Of a DNA stretch of 64,000 nt, positions 22,656 through 34,999 are shown in pieces. A model generated the notes under the pieces. It was not told the DNA's origin. It did not search any database and saw only the letters and a list, made by a program, of their open reading frames with translations. The DNA comes from Carcharhinus longimanus. Lineage: Eukaryota. Location of the stretch: NCBI GenBank assembly GCA_030264375.1, contig JASCQW010000032.1, positions 70,136,581 through 70,200,580 of the forward strand, written 5' to 3'. The position numbers and the translations under genes were made by a program. How positions within the stretch are numbered: position 1 is the first letter of the stretch; each line of letters starts with the position of its first letter.

Positions 22656-24577
22656 GCCATGGGATGTACGAGCAGGATTAGTCTGCACATCTGACCCCAC
22701 AGGGACATTGCTAGGTTTGAATCTGCTCTCCAAGTCTCATTTGAACGCCCAATGTCCCAAATCTCTATTCAAACTAGTGCCCACCTTTGAGTAGAAGGAT
22801 GTGACTACTAATTATCTGTGCAATGTCCTCAGTTAGCTTCCAGATGCAAAGGCCATTCTCAACCTCTTCTCCATTCCCCCAACCTGCCCCAAACCCCAAC
22901 CCACTACCTTTCCAGCCTCCTAAATAGGAATTAAATTCCACCTTCTGTCACCTTTCAATTTAAATAATAAATAATCTGAATTCTTATTGACAACAATAAA
23001 AAGATACAGCAATACCAAGCTGAGAAGTTTGTAAAAAAAAGACCATGAGATGAACACAGAGTGAAAATCTGAACATGCAACAGCACAACTAGCACAGGGG
23101 CAGAGTAATCTGGTGAGTAAGCAATGAGTAATTTGTTTTTTAACAAAAACTCTCAGTCCAATTTTAATGCAGGCTATACAAACTTGCTTTACAAACAAGT
23201 AAATAAAAAAAGGTTAGAGGTAACAAAGATGTCTCAATTGTAGTACAGGGAAATTGGTGGACAAGAAACCATCCCAGATACCCCTATCTGCAGGGAGTCT
23301 CTCTTCTTTAAGTTGTTTTGCCCTCATGGAAGGTAAAAGCACTCTAAAACACGAGGTGGGGAGGAAGAAAATCTAGGCACTTCTATCAAGAATATAATCA
23401 AGTTGCAGGGGAAGGCATAGGTTCAGGAAGGGCTAAGTGTGACTATTAGGCCACTGGATAGCAGGGACTTGGGAGAGGTTGAGAAAAAGATCAGACCAAC
23501 CGTGGTCCTGTACAATATACTCTCTACCTGTGATGACAAGGAGAAAAATTTGGGCTGCATTCTGGTTGTTAGCCCATATGTAACATGGCTTTGATGGCTT
23601 AGATGTTGGAAAGAACAGAATAGAAATTTGATAGAGGTTGGGTATTCTATTATTGGAGGGATAGATAGTGTCCTCTGCAGCTATGAAAGAGAGTCTTAAT
23701 GGGTGTGTTTCTTGTCTGGTTCCATGATAAGGGATATCTCAGGTTGGTTAGAGAGGAATTTAGAAAATAAGGAGATGAATCCAGTTGTGATGATCCATGT
23801 TTGAACCAATGACATAGATTAGAAGAGGGAGAATGTCCCCCTGTGAAAATGTTAGGAGTTAAGAAGTAAATCAAACAGTAGGATCACAAAGGTAATAATT
23901 TCTGGTTTATTCCCAAGCCATATGCAAAGTAGCATTGAGCCACATAGATCCTAAAAGATAATACATGACCAAGGGGCTTATGGAGGCATGAGGGACTCTC
24001 TTTCATCAACCACTGGTACCAGCACTGGGGCAATAAGTAACGGGATTTGCGGAACAGCTCTGCCTGAAACAGAATGAGACCAATGTCCGAATGAAAAGTG
24101 TTCATAGGGAGATGCAGAAAGTTTGAGTACAATGAGGAAAGGAATCGATAAGAAAAGAAACAAGTTTGAATGTAAAGGAAACAGAAATGAAGAGCATGAG
24201 ACAGACTAAACTAAGGGAAAACAGAAATAGATGGGGAATAAATACAATGTAGAACAGTAATGGAAAAAGATGGTTAAAAAATAAAGTAAGAGAGGGTGAA
24301 TAGTAAACATGAGTTAAATTGTCCATTCAGCAATACACAGTATCCGTAATAAAACAGGGATCTAGAAATGATGCTATTTTGTGAAGGGCCAGATGAAGTA
24401 AGTTTACTGAGGCATGGCTACAGGGAAACCAGTTTTGGAAATTAAATATTGCAGAGTGTAATATATTTAGAAGTGTACTTAAGAGTGGGAAAAAGGGAAG
24501 GTGGAATAATTGAAGGAGGTAGAATAATGGTTGTGTAAAAAAAACAGAAACACAGTCATCAATAAGGGAGAAATAGA

Positions 24578-24703
24578 GGGCAGGATTTTACAGCCTTGCT
24601 CGATCCGAGACCAGAAAATCCTACTCGAGGTCAATGGTTATTTCCATTCTCCGCCCCTCGCCCACTCTGATTCCATGATGGGCAGGGCGGTAGAATTCTA
24701 GTG
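24578..24703 (+). mobile_element. MITE copy inserted in the old CR1
   Basis: GGGCAGGATTTTAC...GTAGAATTCTAGTG, with AGA on both flanks. Confidence 0.7.
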
Positions 24704-25149
24704 AGATTCTAACAGAATGGAGAGTGAATTAATCTCACTGATAGAAGTGGTCCATAGATCTCCTAAAGTAAAAGAAGAAATATGCAAACAAGTTAGGAAA
24801 ATGAGTAAAATAATTAGAATGCTAATCATGAAATATTTCAACAGTTATCCAATTAATTAACAGAAGAGATGAGGAAACGGGAAAATAAAATGAAGTTCCT
24901 GGAACACGTACATGATTCCTTTCTAATCTTTCATATCCAATATGGGAAAAGCCAAACAAGGAAGGATTTATCACAGGATCTCTCTCCCTCAACCTTTTCA
25001 CACCTGATGGTGCATGGGTCAAATTTTTGTCTGTTTCTGTCACTAATTATTCCTGAAATAGGTCACTATTCTGTTGCCAGGAGCTTATAGCTTGAGAGAC
25101 ACAACACAACATCAAGCATATCCACACTCACACGCAGACAAACTAAGAA

Positions 25150-25325
25150 GCAATCTACCTGACCGGCACGTCTCTGGACTATGAGAGGAAACTGGAACAC
25201 CTGGCAAAATCCTCTGCAGACACGGGGACAACCTGCAAACTCCACGGAGGCAGACACCCAAACTGAAATTGAACCCGGGTCCCTGGCATTGTGTGGCATC
25301 AGTGCTAAACACTGTACCACCATGC
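25150..25325 (-). mobile_element. V-SINE head and core (tail missing)
   Basis: Antisense TGAACCCGGGTCCCTGGCATTGTG...AGTGCTAAACACTGTACCACC. Confidence 0.85.
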
Positions 25326-25380
25326 AAGCCCCAGAGGATTAAGTAATAGAGAATAAACCATTGTAGATAAAGGATGTAAC

Positions 25381-25700
25381 AGTAGCGATGGCACAGTGGT
25401 TAGCACTGCTTCATCACAGCACCAGGTTTGATTCCCAGTTTGGTCATTGTCTGTGTGGAGTTTGCACATTCTCCTTGTGTCTGCATGGGTTTCCTCCAGG
25501 TGCTCTGGTTTCCTCCCACGCTCCAAAGCTGTGTGGGTAAGGTAGATTGGCCATGCTAAATTGCCCCTTAGCATCAGGGGGACTAGCTAGGGTAAATGCA
25601 TGGAGCTATGGGCATAGGGACTGGGGGGGATTATGGTCAGTGCAGACTCGAAGGGCCAAATTGGCTTCTTTCGGCACTGTCGGATTCTATGATTCTATGA
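25381..25700 (+). mobile_element. V-SINE, tail type B (CR1-derived)
   Basis: Head GGCACAGTGGTTAGCACTGCT, core, and tail GGGCCAAATTGGC...GATTCTATGATTCTATGA. Confidence 0.92.
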
Positions 25701-27127
25701 GTAGGGCTCATTTAGAAAATGGTGACTATAGTGTAGTGTAATTGAGAAAAATGATTAAGAAAGATATAAAGATGACAAAGACTGGATTGGAGAAAAGGTG
25801 ATTTTGAGGGGCTGAGAATAAAACTTGGATAAACAAAATGGATACAAGTATTGACAAACATTTGAAGCACATGTCACAAATATTCAACAGTGCCCAGAAA
25901 AAATAAATTCTGTTTAAAAATAAATCTACAAACTGGCACCATTGAAAAATAAAGACATAAGAGAAAACCTTTGGCATAAAGTAAAAATACAGACAATAGT
26001 ATGACAAAGAAGCATGTGAAGAGACTGTAAAGAAGAAGGCAATAGCAAGGCAAAGACAAACAAGGAAATTAAATTATGAAGAAAAATTAAATGGTAAAAT
26101 ATTCTACTGGCACATAAATAGAAGAAGAAAAGTCAGGATGGGAACAGGACAACCAAGAAATAGACACAACAAAACGGCAAAAATGCTAAATAATTATTTT
26201 GCTTCAGTTTTTACCAGGAAGATGAAAGAGGTGGACACGACATCAGAAGAAGAGGATAGAAATGATGTAACCGCATTCAAAATGACAAGAGGGGACATAT
26301 TAAATAAATTAATCAAACACATGGAACAGATTGTTCCAGGACAGACTGATTGCATTCCTGCTTTTTAAAAGAATCTGGGGAAGAATTAACTGCAGCATCA
26401 CTGTACCTAGTTAATAATTTGTTATAAAAAGTGCAATATTGTAGAACTGGTGGATTACAACACAATACCTATATTTAAGAAAGATAAAAAATGTCCTGGG
26501 AACTAAAGATCAGCCAACTCAACACTGGTAGTAAGAAAAATAATGGAACCTCTACTAAAGGAGAAAATAGAAAAAACATTTAGAAAATAAAAACATAATA
26601 ACGAATAGGCATCATGGATTTCTTGCCTTCAAGCTCGTTGAATTCTTAGGAGAGGTAACACAGTGTAGACAGGGACGATGTTGTAGGTGTAAATTTTCCA
26701 AATTTTTAAAATAATTTTGGTAAGGTACCGCATAATAGATCAATGAATAAGGTCAGAACATGTGGAGTCATGGCACAAGCAGGGGAATTGATAACTCACT
26801 GGCTACTAGACAGCATCTGAGATTTAGATAAAAGTTGCAATTTAGAATGGCAGAAAGTAGAAAGTGGGATCCTGCAAGGACACTGTTGCTCACAATTTTA
26901 TGCTTTAGACTTTGGAATCAAAACACAACTTCTCAACCTACCAAAAATACCAAATTGGGAGAAGTAGTCAATATTGAGGAGCACTGTAATAAATACGAGA
27001 AAATATGTTAATAAACTTGATGAATGGACAGATAATTGGCAAATGAATTTCATCGTAGATTAAGTGTATTATGTTTTGGTAAAAGAATAAGGAGGCTGCA
27101 AATTGGAAAATAAGAACCTAAAGATGT

Positions 27128-27427
27128 CTACAATTCCCACTGCCTCAGAAAAGCAGTCAGCATAATCAAGGACCCCATGCACCCCAGACATACTCTCTTC
27201 CACTTTCTTCCGTCAGGAAAAAGATACAAAATTCTGAGGTCATGTACCAACTGACTCAAGAGCAGCTTCTCCCCTGCTGCCAACAGACTTTTGAATGGAT
27301 CTACCTCATATTAAGTTGATCTTTCCCTGCACGCTAGCTATGACTGTAACATTACATTCTGCACCCTCTCCTTTCCTTCTGTATGAACGATATGCTTTGT
27401 TTGTATACTGCACAATCAAATCAAATT
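27128..27427 (+). mobile_element. Rex1/Babar-like LINE 3' end inserted in the old CR1
   Basis: CLRKAVSIIKDPMHPRHTLFHFLPSGKRYKILRSCTN*LKSSFSPAANRLLN, ending AATCAAATCAAA. Confidence 0.82.
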
Positions 27428-27769
27428 ATAGGAGCAAAACGATTTGGGAATACAAATTGACAAGTCATGAAAATTTTGCCAAATGGGTATTGAAACTTGG
27501 TTCTACCAGACTGCGTGTACTTATGTATAGTTTCAGTTTCCGTGTTATGAAAAAAGAGATGGACTGCTGAAAGTTCACCAAAGATTTCCCAGAGTGACAG
27601 CAGAACTGCAAAGTCAGAGTCATCAGGTTAGGATGAACAGCCTGCATCTCATTTTCTTTTGAAAAGAGCAAACCGAGGGGTGAACTAACAAAGGGCTTTA
27701 AAATTATGAAAAGTTTTTTTTAGGGAGCAGACATGTGGAGCTGTATCTTCCCATTTCCCCACATATGGT

Positions 27770-28460
27770 TTCAAGGGAAGGTGAGGGAAGAGAATTTGGC
27801 AGCAGTGCAAAGATTGCTTTCATGCCGATATGAATTTCCTGTGGAATTGCCTGCTGATGCCTGCCATAGTGGATCGGGAAACCTGCTGGAGGCCAGTGTG
27901 AAATTGATTTGCATCCTGCTAATGAGACACAAATGATGTCCCAAATGGAATCTTCCACCCGAATTCTCCATGATGCCAGTGAGAAAACACATTGGTGCAA
28001 AACACATCTGAAAACTGTGGTGTGCAGATGTCAGGACACACCTGAACAATGTCTACAACTGCCTCCAGAGTTCAAAATGGAGTCTACCAGAAACTCTAGA
28101 CCCCAAAACACCATAGCAATGGATGAGGGAAACATCAGCAGGTGGATCCTCAGTGTCATTGAGGATGTCCATCTCCCAGCTTCAGAATGTTCCAAAAGAT
28201 CCATTTTCTTTCTCAGGAGGTTTATCTTCTGTCTTCAATAATGGGTCAATGATATCGGGCACCTTTTCAATATGGCACCTGGAAATGAGGGTCGACTATG
28301 CACCATCAGGCTTGGCCCACTGTGGAACATACAAGCCCTGTTGCGTAGTTAATGGGGTAATAAGATAGGGCATGGATTCCCACCAGCCTCTGTAACAGGA
28401 AACACTCCATGTTCCTGTCCTTTAGCCCCAGATGGGAGAATATGGCCTGTGCAGTTTCCA
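27770..28460. mobile_element. Unclassified insertion, likely a non-autonomous DNA element, within the old CR1
   Basis: CR1 homology stops at ~27760 and resumes at ~28460. The intervening block is GC-richer and unrelated. Confidence 0.4.
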
Positions 28461-29446
28461 TTTATGGGAAGAATAGAACGAGTTAGCATAAATATGAGCA
28501 AGTTGTCCAGTAATCAAATAGGAAGTCGGGAGACATTTCTATACATGGAGCTTGGTGACAATGTGAAACTCACAACCACAAACAATAATTGAGAATAATT
28601 ATAAGGGGAAAATAGATGAGCAAATGAGAGTGAAAATTAAATTATGGTTGGGAGGAGGCTCAAATGGAACATAAACACCTGAATAGAAGGGTTGGGCTAA
28701 ATGGCATGTAGGTTCCATGCAATTTTAAATAATAATTTTAGGAATATCATGATCAAATAGTAGGAGGCTGTTTTACTGTATAAAATCAATAATCATCATG
28801 TTGCCCTTTCCCTAATGTATAGAAGGGTAAAATATTGATTATTGTGACATACAGCAAGGGGGCTCATTTAGATCATAGATTTAAGGACTAGGTTTTTTTT
28901 TGCTAATTGAAACTATGTTCTGCTTATTTTTCACCTAATTATTTAGAATTAGTACAGAATTTATTGAGTTATTCAGATTGTGTTCACCCCAATTCTAAAA
29001 AAGTTGCGGTGTAAATTTGGAGCCTGACCTGACTCTTGACTAATAGAGTGTGAGACTTATCTTGTTTCATCCTGAGTGCAGTAAGGCACTGATTTTATAA
29101 TTTTGATGTAAATTCACCCACATAGGAGTAAAATATATGAAAAAATGATCTGAAAAGCCTCTTTGTGTTTCAAATATACTACGAAGTGAGTTGTTCTGGA
29201 ACTAACGTCCTTTGTAGATGATTTTAATATTATTAAAAAAATGTGAGATTCTGGCTCTTCATAAACATAACTTGATGTTCTGCTGATGTTGAATCTAGTG
29301 AATGGATAGTTAATAAAAGTTACAGGCACTTTTATAAAACTGTAAACTTTGAGTAGGCTGGCAGCTATGAGCAGGTTGTAAGCAGTTCAGAACTGTTGAA
29401 ATTGACTGAGTTGAGTTTGGTGTGATACAGGTTGCTATGGAGATCT

Positions 29447-29892
29447 TGTGGCATAGTGGGTAGTATGCCTGCCTCTGAGACAGAAACTCTGGGTTCAAGT
29501 CCAACTTGAACTCCCTACTCACCTGACAAAGGAGCAGTGCTCCAAAAGCTAGTGATGTTTACTACTAAATAACCATGCTGGACTTTAACCTGATGTTATG
29601 AGACTTCTTACTGTGTTCATGCCCAACCCCAGGACCTGTTGGCCAAGGAATGTGCATTCAGAATGCGGTCAAACAGATTAAGTGCGTCAACCTGCAAATC
29701 CTTCCAATACGCCACTGACTGGCAGGAAGAATGGGAGTGATTCCTGGTCAGGCACATTTGTTATGATGCCCGTCAAGCTATAAGCCTCTGGCGACAGACT
29801 AGCAACCTATTTTGGGAATAGCTAGCGATGGAAACAGACAAATGGCTGCCTTAGTGCTCCACTAAGTGCGGGAAGAGAATTGGAATTGGATG
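29447..29892 (+). mobile_element. tRNA-derived SINE interrupted by a Penelope-like fragment
   Basis: A box GTGGCATAGTGG and B box GGTTCAAGTCC. The body resumes after ~29625 and ends in (GAATTG)n. Confidence 0.5.
29518..29625 (+). mobile_element. Penelope-like fragment with mutated hammerhead core
   Basis: TCACCTGACAAAGGAGCAGTGCTCCAAAAGCTAGTGA...GAGACTTCTTACTGTG, homologous to the arms at 48769-48990. Confidence 0.7.
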
Positions 29893-30599
29893 GATCTCTG
29901 TAAAAAAGTCTACTCGTATTGTCTGCTCGCTGAAGACTTCACCTGAGACTTGAGTCTTGGTCTCAATGTATTCTGTAAAGAGAATGCCAAATATAGCAGC
30001 GAAACTGACATTTGACAGTAGAAAGTTCTGCAAGTGTCAGTAATAAAAAAGCAACAAGCATTACTTATATAACCATTCTGACACATTTAAATGAAACACA
30101 TTTCCATTACAAATGTCGCATGGCTCCCAGATGACAGTCGCGTCATAGGTGTTTGCTGTTTATTGTGCACTATACTCATAACTTACTTTCATGGTGAACT
30201 GTGAGGTTTGCATGCTGCAATAACACTGAAATTCTGAGTGCTCACTTATCAGGTGTTCTAAGGGTATTCAGCAGGAAGTGTGGGGATTTTTAAAAGCTGC
30301 TAATGGTGTGAAATTGAGAATTATCTCCATATATTAGCAATAATTGAAAGCTACCTGTACTAGGTACCCTACTTCCAAATGATGGCTGTGGACAGAATAA
30401 TTTCATTATACTTACCAAATATGTTCTGACAACTAACTGTGAGATGTACAGAAATGTATGTTATCTGATTTGTAAAGCATCACGTATGTTACAATAAATA
30501 TCTTAATCGGGTGCGAAGGGTGGGGAAAGAAGGAGAGCTGGAATGGAGAGGTGGAAAGTGAAAAAGAAGGATGATAAAACGGATGAATGAGAGGAAATT

Positions 30600-30935
30600 A
30601 AGTGGAATTCCCTAACCTAGTCCTGTTCAGTGCAACTGCTACATTCCTCAGGCAGTCCTTTAATAATCTGTAATTTTGTTCTGCCATTCACACATTCTGA
30701 CCATTTAATGGACTCTCTTGACACCTTCTCAACCTTCTGCATCCTCATTTACATTTCCTTTGTTCAATTCCACATCCCCTCCCTCCCCTTAATCACCCCA
30801 CTCCAATAGTATAAATCTCTGCTGATTCTCTTTGCTCTTAGCTCTGACAAAGGGTCATCTAGACTTGAAACATTGGCTCTATTCTCTCCCGTCAGATGCT
30901 GTCAGACTTGCTGAGTCTTTCTTGCATTTTCTGGG
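30600..30935 (+). mobile_element. Penelope-like 3' region with degenerate hammerhead motif
   Basis: Pyrimidine-rich UTR followed by CTGACAAAGGGTCATCTAGACTTGAAACATTGGCTCT...CAGATGCTG. Confidence 0.6.
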
Positions 30936-31194
30936 GGCATTTTATTGTGCTAAGGATGCTAATATAAATGCAAGTTGTTGTATTTATTTATTGTAGTTAA
31001 GATTGATCTCACCTGCGCAAAATCAAAGATACAAAAACAACTGTTGGTTGAGCTAAATGTCAAATCAGGTTCCTGGACCATTAAGATTTTCAAATATTTC
31101 TAAAGTAGCTTTGGATTGTTAATCCTGCGGATGCATTTTTGCTTTGGATTTTAATTTAGTTGGTATATGAAGTAATGGCGATGAGAGGGAACAT

Positions 31195-31602
31195 GATTTG
31201 ATTTATTATTGGCAAATATATTGGGATCCAGTGAAAAGTATTGTTTCTTGCATGCTATACCATTCATAGAGTATATAGGGGAGAAGGAAAGGGGAGGGTG
31301 CAGAATATAGCGTTACAGTGAAATTTAGGGTGCAGAGAAAGATCAACTTAGCATGTGGTCAATCCATTCAAAAGTCAGCAAGGAAGAAGCTATTCTTGAG
31401 TCAGTTTTGTATCTTTTTCCCGGTGGAAGAAGGTGGAAGAGAGTATGTCCGGGTTGCGTGGGGTNNNNNNNNNNNNNNNNNNNNNNNNNNNNNNNNNNNN
31501 NNNNNNNNNNNNNNNNNNNNNNNNNNNNNNNNNNNNNNNNNNNNNNNNNNNNNNNNNNNNNNNNAGAGAGTATGTCCGGGTTGCGTGGGGTCCTTAATTA
31601 TG
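31195..31602 (-). mobile_element. Rex1/Babar-like LINE 3' end (spans a gap)
   Basis: Homologous to 3761-4071. The minus strand reads IIKDPTQPGHTL/FHLLPPGK. Confidence 0.8.
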
Positions 31603-32674
31603 ATGCAAATTCTGAAAGATCAAATTTACATTTAAAGTTGAAAATACTTCTCAGTATAAGAACTAATGTCACTACCCATTTTGCAACTGTTCTCATTGGG
31701 AGTTAGACGTGATTTTAATTTTAGAGGTTAATGTATACATCCCAACATTTGAAAAAAACCATAGACAATATATCACAGGAAAAAGAAATGAACAAACTGA
31801 GTTCCTGTTCTCCTTTTGTTTCTGGAAAGAAAAGAGATTTGAGTTGACCATGTCACCGTTTCAGCAGCAGGGTGCACAAATGCTTCTGTTACTGCAAGGC
31901 TCCGAATTCAATAATTTATCAGAGTTTGTGTATCACATGCTGTTAGCAAAAATCAGACTGGTGCTTTGAACAAACTGCTGCTACATTATAGCATTAGGCA
32001 CGTTTACAAGAACAAGATTCTGGAAATATAGATACAAAAAAAACAAGAAGATGGATATGTTAGAGCAGTAAATACTGCCCGAAGCTATAAAGTAATGAGC
32101 ATTTTTCCACAGAGAATTTTGACCTGTTATTTGAACAAAAGAAGGCAGATGAAAAGAGAAATTACTGAATCTCAAGCCTGAGCAAGAAAACACAATTCAA
32201 CTTTAATAAATGTTTCTTTTGTTAATAATTTACTATTAGTGTAATACCTCTGAAAATAGAACAAAAAACATGCCTATTCAGTGTCTTTTGATAACGGCCT
32301 TGACTATTTATTTGATATTTTGTTCAGAATGTATGGCAAAAATTATTTCCTTTATTTGTTTTTGTAACGATTGTATAGATTTACACCAGCAAGTTATTAA
32401 AACCAGCCTGTAATTGCTATTGATGTCTTTGATCATATCACTGTGAATTTTTCTTCTATACAATATTCACCCTCAGTGGGGAGACAATATATTTTGTTGG
32501 ACTGTTTACCGTTTTTTATTTGTTAGCATCAAATCTTCTTTCTAAATCTGAAATAGGTTGCAGCTTTTTCACAAAGTTAAGAATGATTAATAAAATAAAG
32601 GGCATAGCTCTGACAATTTAAGTTTCACTGTCTGAACAGCTCAGAACGTAGGAATTCTGCAGTGNNNNNNNNNN

Positions 32675-33215
32675 CCAACATATGTGCACCATCTACAAGT
32701 GCAAGTAAGGAGTGTGATGGAATATTCTCCACTTTACCTGGATAACCGCAGTTCCAACAATACTTAAAAAGCTTGATGCCATCCAGGACAAAACAATCCC
32801 CTTGATTGGCACCCCATTAATTAATATAGACATTCCCTCCTTCCACCACCAACACACAATGGCAACACTGTGTACTATAGACAAGATGCAGCAATCCAAG
32901 GCTCCTTCATCAACACCTTCCAAGCCCACAACCTCTCACTTAGAAGGGCAAGAGCGGCAGAGACATGGGAACACTAGACCTGAAAGTTCACCTCCAAGCC
33001 ACGTGCCATCCTGAGTTGGAACCAAATCATCATCTCTTCACTGCTGCTGGGTCAAAATCACGAAACCCTCTTTCAAGCAGCACTCTGGGTGTACCTAAAA
33101 CCTGTTTGGCAGTACCAGTTCGAGGAGAAGGCTCACCACCACTTTCTCTGGGGAATTAAGAATGGGCAACAAATGCTGCCCTGGCCAGTGGTGCCCACAC
33201 CCTGAGAAATAATCT
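32675..33215 (+). mobile_element. CR1-group LINE 3' end (second subfamily; SINE-partner tail)
   Basis: QVRSVMEYSPL..LKKLDAIQDK coding remnant, with tail GGGAATTAAGAATGGGCAACAAATGCTGCCCTGGCCAG. Confidence 0.78.
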
Positions 33216-33307
33216 TTAGCAGTCTGTTGATTTCTAAAACTTGTTTCCCGTCAAACAATAAATATAATAAATGTAAAGGATTGAGAAACTCTGCGGGGGT
33301 GGGGGGG

Positions 33308-34345
33308 AGGTGTGATTCTCCCAAAAGTGCTGAATTGGTGGGGAAACTGTTCTACAACACGACTGTTTTCTCAGTGCAGATTGACTGAATCTACTCTCAC
33401 TGTGCAATGCAGAAGTCACAATCGGGAAGCTCATTAAAAACCCGGGGGGCGGGGCCTATTTATTCCCGAGTCTGACAGCTCCAGAACTCTGCACATGTGC
33501 AGTAGTTCCGATCTATCACTCTCCTCGTTTTGCTGGCTAGCTCAGGACACTCACACTGCCACCCCGAGAGCCCCCTCCAATGGTCCGAATGCGGCCCGCA
33601 CAAGCATTCCTGGGCCAGCCCCTCGCCCCAGTCCCAGAGCGCCCCGATCCCCAGACCCTCCCTCCCCACCCTAGCAATGGTGATGAACCCCCAACCCCTC
33701 CGGGAGGCAGACTACTTCCCCAGTAGGCTGCCCCCCCCACCCCACACCAATCCCGCATACCACCCAGTCCTCTCCTCCAGCCCACCCTGATTGCTGGCCT
33801 CTCTCCAGCCCTGATCAATCCCAATGCAGAATGGCAGTGGGTCCCTGCCTCCTTGGCACTGCCCATGGAGCATCAATCAGTGCCAAGATATCCCCTGGGC
33901 ATGGTACATTGCCCCTTGGGCAGTGCCAGGGGACCAGGCTGGCACCACCAGAGTGCCCATACCTTGGGGGAAACCACCCCTTACGGAGCCCCGATTGCCC
34001 CCCTTCACTCCAGCGGAGTCTCCCCCTAGTTCCCTGCAAGTGGGCAGCTACTCTAAACCTCACTGGAGTGCAATACTCCTGGTGGGGTGAGACATGTTAT
34101 TGGGCTTAGAGAATTCCACGCCGGGCCCAATAATGAGATTGAAAATACGTGAAGAAAATATTGAAATTACTTACCTCTCTCCTTCCACCAGTTTCCGGTG
34201 TGGTCTCAAATGCGCCTGTTCTCCGGCTCTCGGAGATGCCCATGCGTCGGGAACGTATGCACAAATCCCACAAAATGGCCAACACGCAATTCTCCCATCC
34301 CGATGCGCCAAAAAATGTGCGCAGCGGGATGGGAAAATTGTCCCC
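33308..34345 (+). mobile_element. ~1.04-kb GC-rich non-autonomous DNA transposon-like element
   Basis: Imperfect inverted termini AGGTGTGATTCTCCC / GGGAAAATTGTCCCC, sharp GC boundaries, and similarity to 4290-5196. Confidence 0.6.
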
Positions 34346-34999
34346 ATGGAAACTACAACCCTCAACATTTTACTCCTTTATCTGATGCTTTTGCAATTCT
34401 CTGTTTTAATTGGAATATTTCCAAAATAATCTATCTCAAGAATTTAAAATCATGAAACAAATATTGGTTGATCATTTCTATGTGCAATGGACACAGCAAA
34501 TTTGGAACCATACATTTACATTTACTAGTTTCTAAAGAGCAAGAGTGCAGAGGAAAGCTTCATCTGTTGTCGACAGTTAAGTTATTGTTCTTTAAGGGTT
34601 GGTTTTAAGGGTTTTAAAGACCTTTTGGCTTCAAGTAATCTTTATGTTTTAATGGGTGAGATGGTCATAGCTGGACAACAGCAAAGATTTTACTGGTGCT
34701 CTGTGCTTGTAACTATGCAGCTTTAGCTAGTTTAACTGTAATTGTATTCAATGTTCCAACTTTAAAGCAAGTCTATGAGTAGATAAATACAATTTGTCAA
34801 AGGCAATGCATCAAGCTGATTGCATAAAATGAAGCATGAATCCCATGTGTGATAAAGGCAATCCACCTCTCATTCTTCAAATTTCTACACCACTATTCCA
34901 TGGAATTCCACATGAAACTCCTTTCTCTATATTTATTTCATCTATATATAAGCATCATAAGCAAGAGCAAAATATTTTACCCACCAAGTATTCTTGGAA

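Larger units (their letters stand above)
23250..28720 (+). mobile_element. Ancient near-full-length CR1 (ORF1 esterase domain, ORF2 EN/RT, 3' end) interrupted by at least 5 younger insertions
   Basis: ORF1 SGNH-like remnants VGYSIIGGIDSVLCSYERES*WVCFLSG and PVVMIHV*TNDI (~23630-23820). EN remnant TEAWLQG (~24410). AKMLNNYFASVFT (26180), RT remnants at 26400-27100, and the 3' end at ~28700. Confidence 0.78.

Noticed and set aside
33460-34455. Cluster of overlapping 65-111 aa ORFs or a CpG-island promoter
   Set aside because: Explained by a GC-rich repetitive element with a relative at 4.3-5.2 kb. The peptides are low-complexity.
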